The notes under the pieces were generated by a model. That model saw only the letters and a list, made by a program, of their open reading frames with translations, was not told the DNA's origin and searched no databases. From NCBI GenBank assembly GCA_963819655.1, contig CAWFXA010000002.1, forward strand, positions 1,280,001 to 1,344,000: a stretch of DNA of 64,000 nt. Direction: 5' to 3'. This DNA is from an uncultured Chloroflexia bacterium (lineage in GTDB: Bacteria; Chloroflexota; Limnocylindria; Limnocylindrales; CSP1-4). Shown here piece after piece: positions 57,606 to 64,000 of the stretch (the first letter of the stretch is position 1; every line of letters begins with the position of its first letter). The position numbers were made by a program, and so were the translations under genes.

Positions 57606-59294
57606 ATGACGATCACCGCGCCGAAGCCCCCGACAAGCAAGACCGGCCCTGCGAAGCCAAGGAGTGCCACCACCCGAGGCGACCGGACCTACGATGCCAT
57701 CGTCGTCGGGGGTGGACACAACGGCCTCGTGAACGGGGCGTACCTCGCCAAGGCCGGCCTCAGGACGCTGGTCCTCGAGCGGCGCAACATCGTTGGTGGC
57801 GCGGCCATCACCGAGGAGCTCCGACCGGGCTTCTGGTTCACGACGTTCTCGTACGCGCTGAGCCTGCTGCGACCGGAGATCATCCACGACCTCGAGCTGA
57901 CGAAGCACGGCTTCATGCCGCTGCTCATGTCGACCACGTTCGCGCCCGGGCTCGACGGCGAGTACCTGCTGTTCACTCAGGATCACGCCCAGAACCAGCA
58001 GGAGATCGCGCGGCATTCGAAGCACGACGCCGATGCCTACGACCAGTACAGCCACGACATGGAGATGGTCTGCCAGGCCATCAAGCCGTTGCTGGACATG
58101 GTCCCGCCGGACATCTTCAGCGACGACCCGGAAGAGCTCATCGCGCTCGCCAGCCTCGGGTCCCGCTTCAAGAAGATGGACAAGCGTGTGCTCCACAACG
58201 CGGTCCGGCTGCTGACGGGTAGCGCCGCCGATTTCCTCGATGACTACTTCGAGTCGGAGCTGCTCAAGGGCTACCTCGCCTCCTCGAGCATCATCGGCAC
58301 GAAGGTCGGTCCGCGGTCGCAGGGCTCCGGACTCGTACTGCTCTACCACTCGATCGGGGAGCACGACGGCGAGTTCGGCTCGTGGGCATTCCACAAGAAG
58401 GGCAACGGCGGGTTCACGCAGGTCCTCGCCCGGGCCGCTGAGTCGTTCGGCGCGGAGATCCGGCTGGAGTCGCCGGTCGAGGCGGTCATCACGAAGGATG
58501 GCCGGGCGACCGGTGTCGCTCTCGCGGACGGCACGGAGTTCTACGCCGAGACGGTCGTCTCGGCACTCGACCCGCGGCGGACGTTCCTCGAGCTCGTCAA
58601 CCCGCGCGAGCTGCCCGACGACCTCGTCGAGAACATCCAGCGCTTCCGGTTCCAGGGCACGTCATCGAAGGTGAACTTCGCCCTCGATGGCCTGCTCAAG
58701 TTCCCGGCGCTCGGCGATCGGGGCGACCAGTTCCGTGGGTTCACCAACATCGGTCCGTCGATGGACTACCTCGAGCGGGCGTTCGACGACGCCAAGTACG
58801 GCTGGTACTCGCAGAATCCCTACATCGACATGGCCATCCAGTCGACGATCGACGCCGACATGGCGCCTCCGGGCAAACACGTCCTGTCGTGCTTCATCCA
58901 GTACACGCCGTACAAGCTGCGCGAGAGCGACTGGGACAGCGAGAAGGAGAACCTCGGCGACACCGTCCAGCGGACGCTCGAGCGGTTCTTCCCGGGCTTC
59001 GGCGACCTCGTCCTCCAGCGCGAGGTGCGGACCCCGCTCGACATCGAGCGGACGGTCGGCCTGTCCGAGGGCAACATCTTCGCCGGCGAGTTCTTCGCGC
59101 CGCAGATGTTCTTCTTCCGCCCGGCGCCGGGTTGGTCGCAGTACCGCACCCCGATCGACGGTTACTACCAGTGCGGCTCGGGCACGCACCCAGGCGGCTG
59201 CGTGATGGGCGCGCCGGGCAAGCTCGCCGCCGGGCAGATCCTCAAGGACCGCGCGAGAGCCAGCTCGAAGGCGAAGGTGGCGGCCCGGGCCTAG
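57606..59294 (+). CDS. Phytoene-dehydrogenase-like FAD oxidoreductase (PYROXD2-like)
   Basis: GGGHNGL...YLA..G, GGAA.TEE, APPGKH, TPLDIE, GSGTHPGG. Confidence 0.9.
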   Translation: MTITAPKPPTSKTGPAKPRSATTRGDRTYDAIVVGGGHNGLVNGAYLAKAGLRTLVLERRNIVGGAAITEELRPGFWFTTFSYALSLLRPEIIHDLELTKHGFMPLLMSTTFAPGLDGEYLLFTQDHAQNQQEIARHSKHDADAYDQYSHDMEMVCQAIKPLLDMVPPDIFSDDPEELIALASLGSRFKKMDKRVLHNAVRLLTGSAADFLDDYFESELLKGYLASSSIIGTKVGPRSQGSGLVLLYHSIGEHDGEFGSWAFHKKGNGGFTQVLARAAESFGAEIRLESPVEAVITKDGRATGVALADGTEFYAETVVSALDPRRTFLELVNPRELPDDLVENIQRFRFQGTSSKVNFALDGLLKFPALGDRGDQFRGFTNIGPSMDYLERAFDDAKYGWYSQNPYIDMAIQSTIDADMAPPGKHVLSCFIQYTPYKLRESDWDSEKENLGDTVQRTLERFFPGFGDLVLQREVRTPLDIERTVGLSEGNIFAGEFFAPQMFFFRPAPGWSQYRTPIDGYYQCGSGTHPGGCVMGAPGKLAAGQILKDRARASSKAKVAARA

Positions 59295-59369
59295 AATCCC
59301 TCCAGCGGGACCGCGACGGCCCGCGAGGAGGTCGGTCGCGTCGTCCCGTCGGAACGGACGGGCCCGGCC

Positions 59370-60515
59370 ATGACCAGACTCCGCCACGACGTCGACTTCG
59401 TGACGACGATCGGACTCCTGGCGACCGTGGTCGCCACCGCGCTCACCGGCGTCATCGCCGATCTGTGGGACCTCAACGACTTCTGGTATCACACCGTGTC
59501 TGGCTACGCGATGGGCGCCTTCGCGGCAGCGCACGTGTGGTTCAACCGTGAGCAGTTGGTCGGCTATGCGCGATTCCGGTGGCGCTCGATGCGCCGTCCA
59601 GCCGGAGCGGTGGCGGTCCCGCGCGCGCCAACGCGCACTTCGGAGGTCGAGCCACTGGACTGGCCGTCGGCGTTCGGGCGATCGGTGCTCTCCCGGCGGG
59701 GCCTGTTCGGGCTGACGCTCGGCGGCGTCGGCGGCATCCTGCTCGGCCGGGGGCTGCGTCCCGCCCCACAGATCGAGGCCGGTGCGGACGTCGGTGTCAT
59801 CTACCACCAGTGGAGCAAGCCCGGCCTCATCGACGCGCTCGGATCGGTCGCAAACTGGGGCCCCCCGGTCACGTTGTACAAGGCGTATCCGGGCGCGGCG
59901 GTCGTGGGTCTACCCGCGCCGGATCTCGACGGCGGCCTGCCCACCGGCCGGGTGATCGCCGCCCGCCGCTCGACCCGCGATTACGTCCCGACGCCCATGT
60001 CGTCGGCCGAGTTGTCACGGCTGCTGTTCCTGACCAGCGGCATCGCGGCCGACAAGTACGGCAACGCGCGTCGGACGGCGCCGTCGTCCGGCGCGCTGTA
60101 TCCGATCGAGGTGTACGCGGTCGTCCATCGCGTGGATGGCATCGACCCCGGTGTCTACCACTACGCCTACCGCGAGCACGCGCTCGAGCGGATCCGCCAC
60201 GGCGACTTCCGCGCGAAGGTCGTCGAGCAGGCGATCGCCCAGGAGTTCCTCGGCGAGTGTGGCGTCGTCCTGTTCCTGACGATGATCATGCAGCGCATGC
60301 GGCCCAAGTACCAGGATCGGAGCTACCGCTACGGGCTGCTCGAGGCCGGCCATCTGGGCGAAAACGCCTATCTGGCGGCGACCTCGATGGGTCTCGGCGC
60401 GTGCGGCGTCGGGGCGTTCATGGACGACGCGATCAACGAGATGCTCGGTGTCGACGGGGTCGAGGAGGCTGCCGTCTACATGCTGGCGGCCGGCCGGGTC
60501 GCGGCAGCAGCCTGA
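59370..60515 (+). CDS. SagB/ThcOx-type nitroreductase with N-terminal membrane (DUF4405-like) domain
   Basis: RRSTRDY, APSSGALYPIE, LEAGHLGEN; N-terminal TG...H...H TM pair. Confidence 0.85.
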   Translation: MTRLRHDVDFVTTIGLLATVVATALTGVIADLWDLNDFWYHTVSGYAMGAFAAAHVWFNREQLVGYARFRWRSMRRPAGAVAVPRAPTRTSEVEPLDWPSAFGRSVLSRRGLFGLTLGGVGGILLGRGLRPAPQIEAGADVGVIYHQWSKPGLIDALGSVANWGPPVTLYKAYPGAAVVGLPAPDLDGGLPTGRVIAARRSTRDYVPTPMSSAELSRLLFLTSGIAADKYGNARRTAPSSGALYPIEVYAVVHRVDGIDPGVYHYAYREHALERIRHGDFRAKVVEQAIAQEFLGECGVVLFLTMIMQRMRPKYQDRSYRYGLLEAGHLGENAYLAATSMGLGACGVGAFMDDAINEMLGVDGVEEAAVYMLAAGRVAAAA

Positions 60516-60624
60516 GACCGACGATCGCATTTCGCCTCGCTCGCGCGAAATCGGAACTGGATCCGCGACGGCTCGCTCATAGGCTGTAGCACGACCACCC
60601 GGTCGTGCACCACCCGGAGGCCCG

Positions 60625-61179
60625 ATGGATCGGGATCTCGTGGAGCGAGCGATGGCGGGCGACCATGACGCGTTCAGTGAGCTGGCGCGCGTCTCGGCCG
60701 GCCGGCTCTACGCCGTCGCCCGCCTGATCCTCCGCGATGAGGGTCAGGCTGAGGATGCGACACAGGAGGCGCTCGTCGCCGCTTGGCGCCACATCCGGGC
60801 CCTGCGCGACCCCGATCGGTTCGACGCCTGGCTTCACCAGGTGCTGGTGCGGACGTGCTATCGCGAAGCACGTCGGCAGCGGCCGCTGCGAAGCCTCGAC
60901 GTCTCCGTCGGGCTGCTCGAACTCTCTGAACCGGATCGATCACTCGATCTCGCCGATCGTGACCAGCTCGAGCGGGGTTTTGCCCGGCTCGATGTCGATC
61001 AGCGATCGATCCTGGTCCTGCATTACTACCTCGGACTTCGCCTGGACGAGGTGGCCCAGGTCCTGGGCCACCCACCCGGCACGGTCCGATCGCGACTTCA
61101 CCGGGCGACGCAGGCGATGCGCGCTGCGCTCGAGGCGGACGCCCGTCCCGGAACACTCCCCGGAGGGAGGCTGGCATGA
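60625..61179 (+). CDS. ECF sigma factor
   Basis: AEDATQE, LRDPDRFDAWL, GTVRSRLHR. Confidence 0.93.
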   Translation: MDRDLVERAMAGDHDAFSELARVSAGRLYAVARLILRDEGQAEDATQEALVAAWRHIRALRDPDRFDAWLHQVLVRTCYREARRQRPLRSLDVSVGLLELSEPDRSLDLADRDQLERGFARLDVDQRSILVLHYYLGLRLDEVAQVLGHPPGTVRSRLHRATQAMRAALEADARPGTLPGGRLA

Positions 61180-62519
61180 CGACGAACGATCCCCGTTCGA
61201 CCGACGTCGGCGCCCTCCTCACCGCCTGGTTCGAGGCGGACGCCCAGACGCGCGAGCCCGATGGGCTCGTCGACGCCGCGCTTGCGCGGACTGATCGGGT
61301 CCGTCCTCTCCCGGCCTGGCGGCTCCCCGAAAGGTGGATCCCCGTGCAACTCACGATGCGGCGATCGACGCTCACAAACGCCGTCCCCATCCTCGTGGTT
61401 CTCGCACTTCTCATCGCCCTTGCGGTCGGGCTCCTGCTGATCGGCGTCGGTCGGCAATCTCCCTCGCTGCCGCTCCCGGACGGCCTTGCGGCCAACGGGC
61501 GGCTGGTCTATGTCGCGGGCGGAAACCTCGTCAGCGCCAACGACAGTGGGATCGACGCCCGACCGCTGATCGACAGCGACCGCGTCGTTGGTGAACCGAT
61601 CTGGTCCCACGACGGCACCAGGTTCGCCTACAAGGCCTACACCGACCCGGCGTCAAATCGGCAGGCGAGCGTCATCGTTGCGGATGCCGACGGCACCAAC
61701 CAAGTCACGATCGCGACCGACGTCTGGGATGCATCACCCCCGTCGTGGTCGCGGGACGATCGGAATGTCCTGCTTGGCTACAGCACCACTGGCGCCGATC
61801 TGTCGGAGCGGCTGTACGTGGCGCCGTCCGATGGCTCCACGCCGCCGGCCCGGCTCGCAAGGGATCCGGGCTTCGCGGTGGGCGCGAGCTATTCGCCGGA
61901 CGGCACGCTGATCGCCTGGGAAACCGGCACCGTGGAGGGCGCCCAGGCGCTGTGGCTCGCCAAGCCGGATGGCTCTGATGCGCGCCGATTGACCACTGGC
62001 CGCTATTACGACATCGGCGGAATCGAGCGCGGAAGCCCCGGCTTCGCGTGGAAGCCGGATGGGACCGCCATCCTCTTCGCCGCCGGCGATGAACAGGCCC
62101 ACGACCTCTATGTCATCGGCATCGCAATCGGGTCGCAGGACACTCCCGTCGCGGAGTCGCCGCTGAACGAATACGGCGCGACATATTCGCCCGACGGTCG
62201 ATCGATCTCGTATCTCGCTGCTCCGCGCTACCAACTTGCAACGCTCACGATCGCCAACGCCGATGGGTCCGACGCCCACCCGGCGGTTGCCGGCTCCTCG
62301 CAGAAGTTCGTGTTGTTCACGCCGCGCTGGTCACCGGACGCCAAGTTCGTCATCGCAACGACCGGTGCTCCGAACACGGATTTCCAGAACGAGATCTGGA
62401 TCATCGACGCCGCATCCCAGACCATCCACGCCAAGATCGCCATCCCGGCGTTCGCTGGGTCCGTCGACGGCGAACCGGGCAGGACCGATGTCGTCGGGCT
62501 CCAACGGGTCGCCCCTTGA
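61176..62519 (+). CDS. Putative anti-sigma factor with TM and TolB-like beta-propeller
   Basis: ATGA coupling to sigma; short cytoplasmic domain, TM, repeated W/YSPDG motifs. Confidence 0.8.
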   Translation: MTTNDPRSTDVGALLTAWFEADAQTREPDGLVDAALARTDRVRPLPAWRLPERWIPVQLTMRRSTLTNAVPILVVLALLIALAVGLLLIGVGRQSPSLPLPDGLAANGRLVYVAGGNLVSANDSGIDARPLIDSDRVVGEPIWSHDGTRFAYKAYTDPASNRQASVIVADADGTNQVTIATDVWDASPPSWSRDDRNVLLGYSTTGADLSERLYVAPSDGSTPPARLARDPGFAVGASYSPDGTLIAWETGTVEGAQALWLAKPDGSDARRLTTGRYYDIGGIERGSPGFAWKPDGTAILFAAGDEQAHDLYVIGIAIGSQDTPVAESPLNEYGATYSPDGRSISYLAAPRYQLATLTIANADGSDAHPAVAGSSQKFVLFTPRWSPDAKFVIATTGAPNTDFQNEIWIIDAASQTIHAKIAIPAFAGSVDGEPGRTDVVGLQRVAP

Positions 62520-62534
62520 CCTCAAGGGTGGCGA

Positions 62535-62567
62535 GCGAGACCGGCGGCTAACGGCCGCCGGTCTCGT
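62535..62567 (+). terminator. GC-rich terminator-like hairpin
   Basis: GCGAGACCGGCGGC-TAACG-GCCGCCGGTCTCGT. Confidence 0.7.
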
Positions 62568-62908
62568 GATTCGGGTTCCGACGCCCTCGCACGACCGCGG
62601 AGGTGGTACTCCCAGTTCCGGAATCGGAACGAACGAGCGTGGTCAGCCCCAAGATTCGACAGAACGTGTCGAATTTGTCGATGAGCCCTGAACGCTCATG
62701 CGGGATCCGGAACTGACAGTTCCACAGGGCTCGACACCCCCCGGGCCCGGTGCGTCCGCGCACCGGATCCCTCCGATATCCGCACACCTAAACCGGATTA
62801 GGCAACGAATATCGTGACAAGAGTCGTAGAATCAGTGGTGCATCCGTCACGACGCCGGGTGTGCTTCCGACGTCGCGCTCCGAGTGCTTATGCCAAGGAG
62901 CGTGCCGT

Positions 62909-64000
62909 ATGCCTGCGATCGAGCAGGTTTTTCCCGTTGCCGTGGCCATCGTGGCCGGCATCCTGGTTGCCCTTGCGATCCTCCTCGTCACGTGGGCGAC
63001 CCGATCGGTCCGCTACATCCCGAACAACCGCGTCGGGGTGGTCGAGAAGCTCTGGAGCCGGCGCGGTTCCGTCCCGCGACGGCCTGATCGCGCTCAACGG
63101 AGAGGCGGGGTTCCAGCCGGACGTGCTCCGTGGTGGACTCCACTTCTTCCGTCCGTTCCAGTACCGCATCCACAGCGTGCCGCTGGTCACGATCCCGCAG
63201 GGTCAGATCGGCTACGTCTTCGCGCGCGACGGCGAACCGCTGCCACCCACCCAGACGCTCGCCCGATCACCGATCGACGCCGACTACGGCGACGTCACCG
63301 CGTTCCTCGCGGGTCGCGGCCAGCGCGGACCGCAGCGCCGGATCCTGCGCGAGGGCACCTACGCGATCAACCTCGTGCAGTTCGTCGTGATCACCGCGGA
63401 CCGCGTCTACGCGCTCGCGCTCGAGAAGTCGGACGTCGCCCTGCTCGATGCGATGGCGAACCTCATCGCCGGACGCGACGGGTTCGAACCCGTCGTCCTG
63501 ACGGGTCACGATGACGTGCTCGGCGTGGTGACCATCCACGACGGCCCGTCGCTGGATCCCGGAGAGATCATCGCGCCGACTGTCGGGCACGACCCGGCGG
63601 ACACAGCGACGTACCACAACGACTTCCAGGACCCGGAGCGGTTCCTGGTCGCCGGCGGCCGGCGCGGCCGGCAGCTCCAGGTGCTCGTCGAGGGCACCTA
63701 CTACCTCAACCGGTTGTTCGCGACCGTCGAGTACGTCCCGAAGGCCGTCGTCGAGGTCGGCACCGTGGGCGTCGTCGTGTCGTACACCGGCGAGACCGGC
63801 ACCGACCTCTCGGGCGACACCTACGGCCACGGCGAGCTCGTCGAGCGCGGCGAGCGTGGCGTGTGGGCGGCCCCGCTGCTGCCCGGCAAGTACGCGTTCA
63901 ACACGTATGCCGGCAAGATCGTCATGGTCCCCACGACCAACTTCATCCTGAAGTGGAACAAATCGGAGACCGGTTCGCATCGGTTCGACGAGAACCTGTC
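62909..64000 (+). pseudogene. SPFH/flotillin-like protein with apparent +1 frameshift (or sequencing error); runs off window
   Basis: AAGGAG RBS; RYIPNNRVGVVEKLWS continues as RDGLIALNGEAGFQPDVLRGG... only after skipping one C at 63073-63075. Confidence 0.75.

Noticed and set aside
57606-59294. Carotenoid desaturase crtI
   Set aside because: No crtB/crtE context; coupled to a GcvT-like gene and has PYROXD2-type motifs
59370-60515. Azole-RiPP (TOMM) biosynthetic cluster
   Set aside because: No YcaO, E1-like or precursor peptide genes adjacent

Overview
High-GC (~70%), gene-dense bacterial chromosome segment. Gene content (ThyX, F420-type Ddn reductase, PAC2, adenylate cyclase-ATPase-TPR, ECF sigma with beta-propeller anti-sigma, mostly leaderless genes) suggests a Chloroflexota (Limnocylindria/Ellin6529-like) or actinobacterium-like organism; this is inference. 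About 60 CDS: nucleotide and cofactor metabolism (moaA, PNP, thyX), three DNA glycosylase-type genes, three ABC systems, N-methyl-amine catabolism genes and several regulators. I saw no rRNA, tRNA, CRISPR array, integrase or transposase. Most notable: (1) an intact GreA transcript-cleavage factor fused to an N-terminal GIY-YIG-like nuclease domain (34563-35792); (2) a DnaA-box cluster followed by a sigma70-type promoter and a ~190-nt highly structured, unrecognised plus-strand RNA upstream of PNP (590-906); (3) a dispersed family of ~40-bp palindromic units (16-bp inverted arms, 7-9-bp spacer) in three intergenic clusters; (4) a cyclic-nucleotide signalling cassette; (5) a secreted clan-CD-like cysteine peptidase; (6) unannotated microproteins and a frameshifted SPFH gene at the right edge. 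All family calls are from motif recognition by eye; no searches were run.
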